From: Acidimicrobiia bacterium
GTDB taxonomy: Bacteria; Actinomycetota; Acidimicrobiia; Acidimicrobiales; JANYDT01
DNA: 64,000 nt
NCBI GenBank assembly: GCA_031418775.1
Contig: JANOJN010000190.1
Span: forward strand, 9,216 to 73,215
Direction of reading: 5' to 3'
The translations under genes were made by a program, and so were the position numbers. This document shows positions 27,507 through 35,746 of this stretch, in pieces (the stretch's first letter is position 1; each line of letters starts with the position of its first letter). The notes under the pieces are model-generated. The model did no database searches and was not told the origin of the DNA. It worked only from the letters and a program-made list of their open reading frames with translations.

Positions 27507-28174
27507 CTCCGTCGATCCGAGTGCTCGTCGCTGACGATCAAGCGCTCGTACGACGCGGGTTCCTCGCGCTGCTCCGGGCCGAGGACGGCATCGAGGTCGT
27601 CGGCGAAGCGGCCAACGGCTACGAAGCGGTCAAGCTGGCCAAACGCGAGCGGCCGGACGTGATCCTGATGGACATCCGCATGCCCGAGATGGACGGACTC
27701 GAAGCCACGCGAGTGATCACGGCGGACCCAACGCTGAATGCGGTACGCATCCTCATCCTGACCACCTTCGACCTCGACGCCTACGTCCACGAAGCACTTC
27801 GGGCCGGTGCCTCCGGCTTCCTGCTCAAGGACACACTCCCGCCCGAACTGCTTGCAGCAGTTCGGGTCGTCGCCGCCGGAGAAGCGCTCCTGGCCCCCAG
27901 CATCACCCGCCGGTTGATCGAAGACTTCGTTCGACGACCAATGGCGACGGCTAACGACTCACGACTCGGACAGCTGACCGCGCGCGAACGCGAAGTGCTC
28001 GCAGCCGTCGCCAGAGGACTCTCCAACGCCGAACTTGCCGACGAACTCTTCATGAGCCATGCAACGGCCAAGACTCATGTCAGCCACCTGCTCACCAAGT
28101 TCAGCGCCCGCGACCGGGCCCAACTGGTCGTCGCCGCCTACGAAACCGGTCTGGTCTCGCCCGGGCAAACCTGA
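27503..28174 (+). CDS. NarL/LuxR-family response regulator
   Basis: The start overlaps the kinase stop (ATGA). The receiver domain has VLVADDQ and DVILMDIRMPEMDG. The C-terminal LuxR HTH reads LTAREREVLAAVARGLSNAELADELFMSHATAKTHVSHLL. Confidence 0.9.
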   Translation: MTPSIRVLVADDQALVRRGFLALLRAEDGIEVVGEAANGYEAVKLAKRERPDVILMDIRMPEMDGLEATRVITADPTLNAVRILILTTFDLDAYVHEALRAGASGFLLKDTLPPELLAAVRVVAAGEALLAPSITRRLIEDFVRRPMATANDSRLGQLTAREREVLAAVARGLSNAELADELFMSHATAKTHVSHLLTKFSARDRAQLVVAAYETGLVSPGQT

Positions 28175-28204
28175 CGACACACTGTCACCAACTTGTCCGA
28201 GCGA

Positions 28205-28292
28205 GGGAAGAGTGTGCGTTCGGTCGCTCCTGGAGCGACCCAGGCACCAATCTCGGCGCGGGTTTCGGGGCTAGCCGCGCGCCGCCGCTTCC
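28205..28292. repeat. Right copy (E2) of the direct repeat; includes the 3' end and terminator-like hairpin of the oxidoreductase gene
   Basis: See E1. The hairpin GGTCGCTCC-t-GGAGCGACC is at 28222..28240. Positions 28271..28292 encode the last residues (WEAAARG*) of the Gfo/Idh/MocA gene. Confidence 0.75.
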
Positions 28293-29254
28293 CATTCGGT
28301 GAGGAAGCGCATGAGCTGAAACGAATCGTCGAGGCGCGGGCTCGGACGCTCGGCCTCCAGTCGGCCGGCGGCGATGTTGGCCTCGACCATGCGCACCTGA
28401 TGATCGAACGCATCAAGCGGATCCGTCACGACGATGGTCTGCGCGTCGCCGTCGAAGGGCCGCCAAATGAACGAGTTGTCGCCACGTCCGGGGAGCCAAG
28501 GATTGGTGAGAAATGTGAGGGTTCCGTCGGTTCCCTGCACTTCGAACCGCGAGGTGTTGCCGTACGTCTCGGCGGTGTGGATCGTGGCGAGAATTCCGCC
28601 GTCGAAACGAACGGTTGCCGCCGTCTCGCACATGCTTCCGTCAGCCTCTGACACCGTGCCCAGCGCCGTGAGCTCACACCGAGCGAAGGCTCCATCACCG
28701 CCGATCGCATCCATCACCAGTTGCACGAGCGACGCCGGGTAGCACCCGAGGTTGTAGATCGCGCCCCGCCCTTCGGGATTGACGAGATGGGCGATGTTTG
28801 CGGCGTAGCTCGCATGGACTGCCTTCAGTGTGCCGAGGCGCCCGTCGCGGAGCACGTCGACGAAGCGGGCGATCACCGGGTGCGCGAGGTACATCAGACC
28901 CTCGACGAAGAACACGGAGTCCCGCACGGACGCAAGCAATGCGTTCGCCTGCTCCATCGACACCGTGAGCGACTTCTCCGAGAGGACGGCCTTGCCCGCG
29001 GCAGCGGCGAGGATCGTCGCCTCGTGGTGGACGTGGTTCGGCGTCCCGACATAAACGACGTCGACGTCAGGAGCGGCGAGAGCTTCTTCGAGACTCCTCG
29101 CGGCACGGGCAATGCCATGTCGAACGCGGAATGCTTCGAGACGCTTCGGGTCCCGTCCGACTACGAGCGTGGCGATGGAGCCGGGGCTTGCCTCGATCGC
29201 CTTCGCCATCGTGTCGGAGATGAAACTGGTCCCGAGGATTGCCCACCGCAGCAC
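28271..29254 (-). CDS. Gfo/Idh/MocA-family oxidoreductase
   Basis: GTG at 29254 has AAGGA upstream. The N-terminal Rossmann segment LRWAILGTSFIS and the VLSEKSL motif are present. It is about 327 aa within ORF 28271..29749. Confidence 0.8.
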   Translation of the reverse strand: MLRWAILGTSFISDTMAKAIEASPGSIATLVVGRDPKRLEAFRVRHGIARAARSLEEALAAPDVDVVYVGTPNHVHHEATILAAAAGKAVLSEKSLTVSMEQANALLASVRDSVFFVEGLMYLAHPVIARFVDVLRDGRLGTLKAVHASYAANIAHLVNPEGRGAIYNLGCYPASLVQLVMDAIGGDGAFARCELTALGTVSEADGSMCETAATVRFDGGILATIHTAETYGNTSRFEVQGTDGTLTFLTNPWLPGRGDNSFIWRPFDGDAQTIVVTDPLDAFDHQVRMVEANIAAGRLEAERPSPRLDDSFQLMRFLTEWEAAARG

Positions 29255-29299
29255 AGCGTCATCCTTGCACGCCACCTCTAGGGAAAGAAGGTCTGCGGC

Positions 29300-30007
29300 A
29301 TGTTGATGGTCAACGGTGTGTCGTCCGTTGTCGACGAGTATGGGTCGGTGCGCCACGCTGCCCGCCACCGGTCTCGGGTCGCCGCCCGGCGATGTCTGCT
29401 GACCGCGACCGCGGGATTCTTCGCATTGCTGCCTCCGGGTCACGCGGAGGCGGCAGTTCCCGGATCGGCGCTCACCTTGGCAAGGCGCACCTGTTCCGTT
29501 CCCGTAACCGACTCGGCCGGGCCGTGGAAGGCCGGGAGTCGACGTCTCGTCGCGGCGATCGCGTGGAGTGACGGATCGCCGCGGGCGTGCCTCGTCGTCA
29601 TGCGGGTCGGGACCACCACATCGACGGTGGTCGCGACGATGGTGATCGATGCCGGATTCTCGGAGCGATACGACGAGCGCTACTCGCCCGGAATCCGCCC
29701 TGACGTGCTCCGCTTCCCCGACGGCACAATCGGTGTGGTGGTCGACCATACGGCGATGAACGAGTCGGGTGGTGGCGGAACTGAAACGACACTGTGGCGG
29801 CTCAAGGGCACCACGCTCACTAACGCCTTCTCCGCCGTGCTCAACGGCGCCCGGACGATCAACGAAGCGGTCGAGTCACCGTGCCCACCCGACCCGCCGC
29901 TTCGACTCAGCTCGACGAACGAAGTAGTACGACTGCACGTGACCGACTGCGCGAATGGCATCTCGACGCTGCAGACGTTCCGTCTCGATGGCACCCGGTT
30001 CCGCTGA
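29300..30007 (+). CDS. Hypothetical secreted protein
   Basis: 235-aa ORF with a signal-like N-terminus RRCLLTATAGFFALLPPGHAEA. I recognise no motif. Confidence 0.45.
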   Translation: MLMVNGVSSVVDEYGSVRHAARHRSRVAARRCLLTATAGFFALLPPGHAEAAVPGSALTLARRTCSVPVTDSAGPWKAGSRRLVAAIAWSDGSPRACLVVMRVGTTTSTVVATMVIDAGFSERYDERYSPGIRPDVLRFPDGTIGVVVDHTAMNESGGGGTETTLWRLKGTTLTNAFSAVLNGARTINEAVESPCPPDPPLRLSSTNEVVRLHVTDCANGISTLQTFRLDGTRFR

Positions 30008-30043
30008 CCCACGCAGCCGTAGCGTCGCACGACCACATGGTGG

Positions 30044-30370
30044 TCAGTGGCGGGCCAGCGCGTCCAAGATGTTGAGCTTGGCGGCGCGTCCGGCGGGTCG
30101 GATAGAAGCGACGATCTCGGCGACAACGGCGAGCACCACGACCACGATCAGCGTGGTGACCGGAATGGTGAAGGACCTCAGACCTTCGTCGCGCAACGAG
30201 ATGATCACGGCATAGCCGAGAAGGATGCCGATCACGATGCCCTGGGCGGTGCCGAGCAACGCGGTGATGACCGACTCTCAGCGCACGGAGGACCGGACCT
30301 GCGACCGGAGCGCCCCAACGGCTCGAAGAAGACCGAGCTCGCGGGTTCGTTCGTAGACCGAGAGGCTCAT
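30044..30370 (-). pseudogene. 3'-terminal remnant of a second FtsX-type ABC permease with an in-frame stop
   Basis: The minus strand reads MSLSVYERTRELGLLRAVGALRSQVRSSVR*ESVITALLGTAQG...AKLNILDALARH. TGA at 30278..30280 sits where Trp or Gly is expected. The upstream ~700 codons of the gene are absent. Confidence 0.7.
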
Positions 30371-30460
30371 GTTGAAACGTCACCGATCGTCTTCGGGTCA
30401 ACGAGGGACAGGGCGCTGGCTTTCGTCCTGTCCTCGACGTTCCCGTACCCGAGCTGGAGG

Positions 30461-31264
30461 CTGCTGGCACTCCCGACCTCGGGTAGCGCGTTCAGCTTTG
30501 CTCTTGTCACGCTGAACCGACCTGACCTGCTCAACGCTATCGACGGCACCCTGCTCGACGACCTGGATGCCGCTCTCGATGAGATCGAGGCGTCGGGAGA
30601 GGTCCGGGCAGTGATCATCACAGGGGCCGGTCGGGCGTTCTGTGCGGGCGCGGATCTGAGCGGTACGGGGACGGCGTGGACGAAACCGTCACGTACCCCA
30701 CTCAAGACGTCATACGACGGTCAGGTGCGGCTCGCTGACCAGATGACGCGCCTCTACGAGCTCTCGGTCCCGGTCATCGCTGCCGTCAACGGAGCAGCGG
30801 TCGGGGGTGGCCTGGCGTACGCCCTGCATTGTGATGTACGCATATCTTCCGAGTCGGCTCGGTTCGGATCGGCCTTCATCACTGCTGGCTTCTCGTCGCT
30901 CGACATGGGCACGAGTTACCTGCTGCCGAAGATCGTCGGTGCCGGACGGGCGCGCGAGATGATGCTCAGCGGTCGGATCATCGATGCGACCGAGGCCTAC
31001 CGGATCGGCCTCGTGCAGGAGGTCGTGCCCCAGCCGAACCTTCTCGACGCCGCCCTCGCTGTCGCGAGACGGATCGCCGCCAACAACGAGTTCGGCGTGT
31101 GGCAGACCAAGCTCGGGCTCAACGTCGCCCTCGACGCGCCGAGCCTTCGCCATGCCAAGGAGATCGAGAACCGCACCCAAATCCTCGCCGTGCAGACGGG
31201 CAACCCGAAAGAGGCCGGGCTGGCGCGACGGGAACGGCGCGCTCCCGACTTCGACCGGATGTAG
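30461..31264 (+). CDS. Enoyl-CoA hydratase/isomerase (crotonase) family; 5' end unresolved, possibly truncated
   Basis: LVTLNRPDLLNAI, AVIITGAGRAFCAGADL and PVIAAVNGAAVGGG are crotonase hallmarks. There is no in-frame ATG/GTG/TTG between the FtsX remnant and the LNRP segment. 30461 is only a CTG codon placeholder. Confidence 0.6.
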   Translation: MLALPTSGSAFSFALVTLNRPDLLNAIDGTLLDDLDAALDEIEASGEVRAVIITGAGRAFCAGADLSGTGTAWTKPSRTPLKTSYDGQVRLADQMTRLYELSVPVIAAVNGAAVGGGLAYALHCDVRISSESARFGSAFITAGFSSLDMGTSYLLPKIVGAGRAREMMLSGRIIDATEAYRIGLVQEVVPQPNLLDAALAVARRIAANNEFGVWQTKLGLNVALDAPSLRHAKEIENRTQILAVQTGNPKEAGLARRERRAPDFDRM

Positions 31265-31300
31265 CCAGCCGGCTTTCGAACTGTCTTGTGACTCGCGGGA

Positions 31301-31588
31301 CTAGCGAACCAGCGCCCAGACGCCGGTCACTGCGGCGAAACAGCCGAACACACCGAGTGCACGTCGCCATGGGTTGACACCCCGCACGACCTCGTCCATC
31401 GCCCACCAGGCAAGCGCGCCGACGGCGACCCAGTCGAGCGCTGTCCGTAGAGCACCCGCGGGATCGAGCACGCGGCGGGTCAGCGCGACGGCGAGATACA
31501 GGACCAGCGCCACGTTCGGGAACTGGGCAATGACGATCTGCCCGGTCTGCCGCGACCGGAACATCCACTCGTACGCTCGACGAACCAT
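31301..31588 (-). CDS. Small hypothetical membrane protein
   Basis: 95-aa ORF with three hydrophobic segments. It starts 12 nt after the GGDEF gene stop. Confidence 0.5.
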   Translation of the reverse strand: MVRRAYEWMFRSRQTGQIVIAQFPNVALVLYLAVALTRRVLDPAGALRTALDWVAVGALAWWAMDEVVRGVNPWRRALGVFGCFAAVTGVWALVR

Positions 31589-31600
31589 CGTGCCGATGGT

Positions 31601-33400
31601 CTACTCCGCTTCCGCTCCCCGTGGGTCGCTCGACTGCCTGGTCGCAATGGTCGCCGGGACGCCAGAGGCTCCAGACACGCGGACGTGCAGTTCGTACGAC
31701 GTGTCTGCGCCGGGCCGCAGATCGATCGTCGGCTCGATCTCGAGAACGAATTCGTCGGACTCCAGCCAGGCGGACATCCGCTCGATCCATGTCCGTGCGA
31801 TCGGCTCGGTGGCGCGGCGGCGACGCTCCCGTTCGTCCGCCGCGAGGGGGCCGGCGATGGCGGCCGGTCCAGTCACGACTGGACGGTTGTTCTTCTGACT
31901 AGCGACGACGACCCGGTTCTTGCCCAACTCCTTGGCTTCGTACATCGCGAGATCAGCGTCGAAGAGCATGGCCTCCGCGGAGGCGGCCGCGTTGAACAGG
32001 GCGAGACCGACGCTGGCAGTCACGTGCAACACCTCTGAACCTTCGCCCGCGGTTACTGCGCCGATCGTTGCGATCACGGCATCGGCGACGGCGAGGGCCT
32101 GGTCGAGTGCGGAGTTCGGGATGATGACGGCAAACTCGTCGCCACCGAACCGGGCCACGATGTCGGTGTCTCGGAGGCGGGTCCTCAGGGCGGACGCGAC
32201 GTTACGGAGGAGCGCGTCGCCCTCGGTGTGCCCCAACGTGTCGTTCACCCGTTTGAAGCCGTCGAGATCCAGCATGAGCAGCGCCCCACCGTGCCCGTAG
32301 CGTTCAGCGAGTGCGACGTGGCGCGCGAACTCCCGCCCAAAGCCCCGGCGGTTCAGGAGTCCGGTCAGCGGGTCATGGTTCGCCTGGAAGTGGAGCTGTG
32401 ACTCAAGCCGCTCGCGATCGGTCACGTCGAGCACATGGACCAGGACGAATTCCGGTTGATCATGAGCGTCGCGGATGAGGCTCTGGCGAAGCTCGACCCA
32501 ACGCTCCTCCTCGTCGATGCCGTTGCTTCGTCGCCGCGTCTGGGCGGGGGCCGCTGCACCTGCGAACACCGACTTGAGTGTCTCCCTCAGATCCTCGGCG
32601 TCGTCGGGATGGACGATGTCGACCAGTGGCCGGTGCCGAGTCTGCTCGGACCCGAAGATTCCGACGTACGCGTCATTGGCCATGACGACAACCCCATTGC
32701 GGTCGACGAGCGCGGTGCCGATCGGAGCCGATTCGAACATCGATTGGAAACGGTTCTCTGTGGAGATCAGGGCATCCTCCACCTTGTGAAGCCGCTCGAC
32801 CGATCGAACGAGCGCGAGCCCGATGGCCGCGCCGACCATGAGAAGAACGATGCCGTGACCGACGTCGGCGGTGCCGTACTTCGTCTCATCGAGCAACAGG
32901 ACCGGAACATCGAACACCGCACCGATCCCGATGAGCACGGTCGCCATCTGGGCTCGGTTCCCGCGGACGGCGACGGAGATCACCGAAAGCAGGACGGTTG
33001 CCGAAAGCAACGTGTTCGACGCGTGGACGCTGTGTCGGAGGAGAGCGATCGCACAGAGATGGGCCAACGCAGGAAGCACCTCGCACCACTGCGGAAGGCG
33101 CTGCCACTGCACGCGCCGGGCGGCAACGACGGTGACAGTGATCAACGCGGCGGCAAGAACTGCGGTGTGGTGATCGAACGATCCGCGGCTGAGCACGACG
33201 ATGAGGACGGGGAGGTAGACGACCCCCAGCACGAACGCGGCCAGGGTGGTCCGCGTAAGCGCCGGTCCGTTCGCCACGGACGACGCGGCTTTGCGGAGAC
33301 GAGGAAAGCGTCGCGAGGCCGAGCGCAGTGACGACTGACGAGGGTGGCGGATGGACATCTTGCAGCCGTTCGGTCGGTGGGGGTCGACTGACTTCTTCAT
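31601..33400 (-). CDS. Membrane-bound PAS-GGDEF diguanylate cyclase with a truncated EAL-like tail
   Basis: ATG at 33400 has GGAAGG upstream. The protein has a multi-TM N-terminus and a PAS segment. RFGGDEFAVII is present, with an RDTD I-site five residues upstream. The last ~55 aa (WLESDEFVLEIEPTIDLRPG..SYELHVRV) resemble only the start of an EAL domain. Confidence 0.85.
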   Translation of the reverse strand: MKKSVDPHRPNGCKMSIRHPRQSSLRSASRRFPRLRKAASSVANGPALTRTTLAAFVLGVVYLPVLIVVLSRGSFDHHTAVLAAALITVTVVAARRVQWQRLPQWCEVLPALAHLCAIALLRHSVHASNTLLSATVLLSVISVAVRGNRAQMATVLIGIGAVFDVPVLLLDETKYGTADVGHGIVLLMVGAAIGLALVRSVERLHKVEDALISTENRFQSMFESAPIGTALVDRNGVVVMANDAYVGIFGSEQTRHRPLVDIVHPDDAEDLRETLKSVFAGAAAPAQTRRRSNGIDEEERWVELRQSLIRDAHDQPEFVLVHVLDVTDRERLESQLHFQANHDPLTGLLNRRGFGREFARHVALAERYGHGGALLMLDLDGFKRVNDTLGHTEGDALLRNVASALRTRLRDTDIVARFGGDEFAVIIPNSALDQALAVADAVIATIGAVTAGEGSEVLHVTASVGLALFNAAASAEAMLFDADLAMYEAKELGKNRVVVASQKNNRPVVTGPAAIAGPLAADERERRRRATEPIARTWIERMSAWLESDEFVLEIEPTIDLRPGADTSYELHVRVSGASGVPATIATRQSSDPRGAEAE

Positions 33401-33437
33401 CGGCCTTCCGCTGGGCAACTTGAGCTAGCGAGCAACC

Positions 33438-34331
33438 GTGTCACCGCGGGTGTTCCTCCCGCCACCCAGACGCGCGAAGCTCTCTTCAGGGTGGTCGTTC
33501 CTTTCGTATCGGGGTGGGGACGACCGTTCGGGAACCAGCGGCGGTGCCGGAGACGTCGGACGTCAGGTGAAACGAGCTCGGGAAACCACCCCTTCCTCCG
33601 GCACCCGTCGGGGGAAGGCCCGAACTCGGCTGCACGGCACCCTGCTGTTGATGGTCGCTGCCGTGCCGGGCTTCGTCGTCATCGTGTCGGCATGGCCGAC
33701 GTGGGCCACACCGCCGCCCGGTCCAACGATCGCCATCCGACCGTCACCCGAGGATGATCGTCCCTCCATCAACCTGTTCGAGACCGACGAGTTCAACACC
33801 GCAAAGCTCTGTGCCGAGGGCATCGTCATCACCAAAGACCACCGGTCGCGAAGCTGCAGGCTCGGGCGCTCGCGCCAACTTGACGTCTCGACCACGTTCG
33901 GCGGTGTCACGCCCACCCTGTTTGCGACGCGTTCGAGTTACGACTCCGACGGCGGCTACGGCCTGCGCGAAGAGGTGCTGATCCTCGACGAGAAGGGCCG
34001 TGCGCTCCACAGCCTTGTCCAATGGCGCCACGACGTGTTCGACCAGCACAGCGCCACGCTCCGGCGACGGTTCCGGTTCGTGAACATCGATCGTCGCGAG
34101 GACGACGAGATATGTGTCCAGACCACGACAGCGGCTGGACCCGGGCGGTTCGACGATTCACCGGTCTTCCGGCCGTCCGAGCGGTGGACGGGGTACGACG
34201 CGTTCACCTGGGGCAACGGCAGATTCGTCCGGGCGGAATCCCTTGACGGCGGTTGCCCGACGCGCGGGTATCAACTCTTCGTGCCGATGCCCCTGACCGA
34301 TGACCCCGTCCATCGCAGCCGTGACCGCTGA
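33438..34331 (+). CDS. Hypothetical membrane-anchored or secreted protein
   Basis: 297-aa ORF with a basic N-terminus and then the TM/signal segment LLLMVAAVPGFVVIVSAW. I recognise no motif, and the start is uncertain. Confidence 0.45.
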   Translation: MSPRVFLPPPRRAKLSSGWSFLSYRGGDDRSGTSGGAGDVGRQVKRARETTPSSGTRRGKARTRLHGTLLLMVAAVPGFVVIVSAWPTWATPPPGPTIAIRPSPEDDRPSINLFETDEFNTAKLCAEGIVITKDHRSRSCRLGRSRQLDVSTTFGGVTPTLFATRSSYDSDGGYGLREEVLILDEKGRALHSLVQWRHDVFDQHSATLRRRFRFVNIDRREDDEICVQTTTAAGPGRFDDSPVFRPSERWTGYDAFTWGNGRFVRAESLDGGCPTRGYQLFVPMPLTDDPVHRSRDR

Positions 34332-34390
34332 CGCGCGCAGCCGAGACACTCGGTTCGGGTTGGTCGTCGACCCCGCATACGCTCGTAACG

Positions 34391-34711
34391 ATGTCCGAAC
34401 AGCAACTCGAACTGGGCGATCTGAGCGATCTACGAAACGGTCAGCTTCGGGTCTTCCCGGAGCTTGGCGAACACGGCATCGTGATCTGTCGCGTGGCCGG
34501 GGAACTCCATGCGGTGACCGACAACTGCTCACATCGCGACGCCAAGCTTTCCGAAGGACGCCTCCGTGGACCCCTGCTCACCTGCCCGCTCCACGGAGCC
34601 CAATTCGACGTACGCACCGGAGCTCATCAGGGTCCACCGGCGTCGGTGCCGATCGCCTGTTTCCCGGTGACCGAGCACAACGGCATCGCTTCGGTGGAAC
34701 TCGACGGTTGA
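34391..34711 (+). CDS. Rieske [2Fe-2S] ferredoxin
   Basis: 106 aa, with CSHRD ... CPLHGAQF cluster ligands. Confidence 0.8.
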   Translation: MSEQQLELGDLSDLRNGQLRVFPELGEHGIVICRVAGELHAVTDNCSHRDAKLSEGRLRGPLLTCPLHGAQFDVRTGAHQGPPASVPIACFPVTEHNGIASVELDG

Positions 34712-34735
34712 AGCCCGGTCGGACTGCCCGCGGCG

Positions 34736-35596
34736 TTAGGGGGTCCGGGCCAGGGCGAGCACGCGGCGCATGGCGTCGGCGCTGACACGTGCGGCGTGGT
34801 CCGCCTGACCGGCCCAGAGCTCAGCCGAGCAGACCTCCACACCGATGGGTGCCGTGGAGCCGATCGAGTCGAGGATCCGGACGATCTCGACGAGAGCGAA
34901 CTCGCCCTCGCCCGGGGGGACGCGATTGGTGAGACAGTCCTGTAGGTAGTCGGGGTGTTGCGGAGCGATCGTGCCGTCGTTCCACTGTGTGGCGAACACC
35001 TTGTCGCCGGGTAGATGGCGGAGGTCGTCGAGGTTGTTCGTCGAACGAGTGAAGTGCCATGAGTCGACGCAGAAGCCTCCGTTGGCGCGGTCTGCGTCGG
35101 TCACGATCCGAAGGGCGGTGGCGGCGTCGCCGATGTTGGTCATGCTCGGCACCCATTCGAGTCCGACGAGCAGGCCGTGCTCGGCCGCCCGGTCGCAGAG
35201 CGCCCCGAAACCCTCGGCCGCCCGGTCGAGCGGGCCGTTTGCGTCGCCGATCACCTGCACGTAGCGACATCCCCAGTGCGCCGCCATGTCGTATGCCAAC
35301 GCCTCCTGGCGACGCCAAGCCTCATCGTCGTCGGGCACAGCCCAACCGCGCAGCGTCTCGATGTTCGCCACCACGAGTCCGGTCGCCTCGAGCGCCTCGT
35401 CGACCCGTTCCAGTTCGGCCGGCTGCTCACGCAGCACCGCCCACGCTCCCAGGTAGAGGCCGATGGCCGCATATCCGGCGGCCGCGGCCGCGTGAACCTT
35501 GGTGACGGTGTCGTCGACCCGGGGCCTGCTGAAGTGGTCCCACACGAGATCCGAGGGACCGAGATCGCGGGCGGTTCGGCGCAGGGTGGGATCCAT
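34736..35596 (-). CDS. Sugar phosphate isomerase/epimerase (xylose isomerase-like TIM barrel) family
   Basis: ATG at 35596 gives 286 aa. The pattern AAGYAAIGLY...VQVIGD...GLEWVP...DSWHF is typical of AP-endonuclease-2/TIM-barrel proteins. Confidence 0.75.
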   Translation of the reverse strand: MDPTLRRTARDLGPSDLVWDHFSRPRVDDTVTKVHAAAAAGYAAIGLYLGAWAVLREQPAELERVDEALEATGLVVANIETLRGWAVPDDDEAWRRQEALAYDMAAHWGCRYVQVIGDANGPLDRAAEGFGALCDRAAEHGLLVGLEWVPSMTNIGDAATALRIVTDADRANGGFCVDSWHFTRSTNNLDDLRHLPGDKVFATQWNDGTIAPQHPDYLQDCLTNRVPPGEGEFALVEIVRILDSIGSTAPIGVEVCSAELWAGQADHAARVSADAMRRVLALARTP

Positions 35597-35620
35597 GATG
35601 CGCAGTCTCGTGTAAGGGTC

Positions 35621-35733
35621 TCGCCGATCTCCACTCCGCCGCCGGTAGTCCGGCCGATCCCCGCTCCGCCGCCGGTAATCCGACCGATCCCCGCTCCGCT
35701 GCCGGTGGTCTGGCCGTTCTCCACTCCGCGACC
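35621..35733. repeat. 30-bp imperfect tandem repeat, about 3.8 copies, in a divergent promoter region
   Basis: Units lie at 35621, 35651, 35681 and 35711 (partial). The consensus is CGGCCGATCCCCGCTCCGCCGCCGGTAATC, with 83-87% identity between neighbouring units. The array fills 113 of the 150 nt between the starts at 35596 (-) and 35747 (+). Confidence 0.85.
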
Positions 35734-35746
35734 TAGGTTTAGGCCC

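Noticed and set aside
20603-28174. Classical mobile element (transposon or integrative element) carrying the ABC-MFS-TCS block
   Set aside because: There is no transposase, integrase, relaxase or terminal inverted repeats, and no adjacent tRNA. Only the flanking direct repeats support mobility, so this is reported as an insertion scar and not annotated as a mobile element.
35621-35733. Possible CRISPR array
   Set aside because: The repeats are contiguous with no spacers, imperfect, and present in only ~3.8 copies. No cas genes are in the window.
35177-35746. Upstream extension of the Rieske oxygenase ORF, including a Pro-rich PIPAPPPV(I/V)RP repeat
   Set aside because: The repeat translation is a by-product of the 30-bp DNA tandem array. 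The extension is antisense to the TIM-barrel gene, and ATG 35747 gives a normal-length oxygenase.
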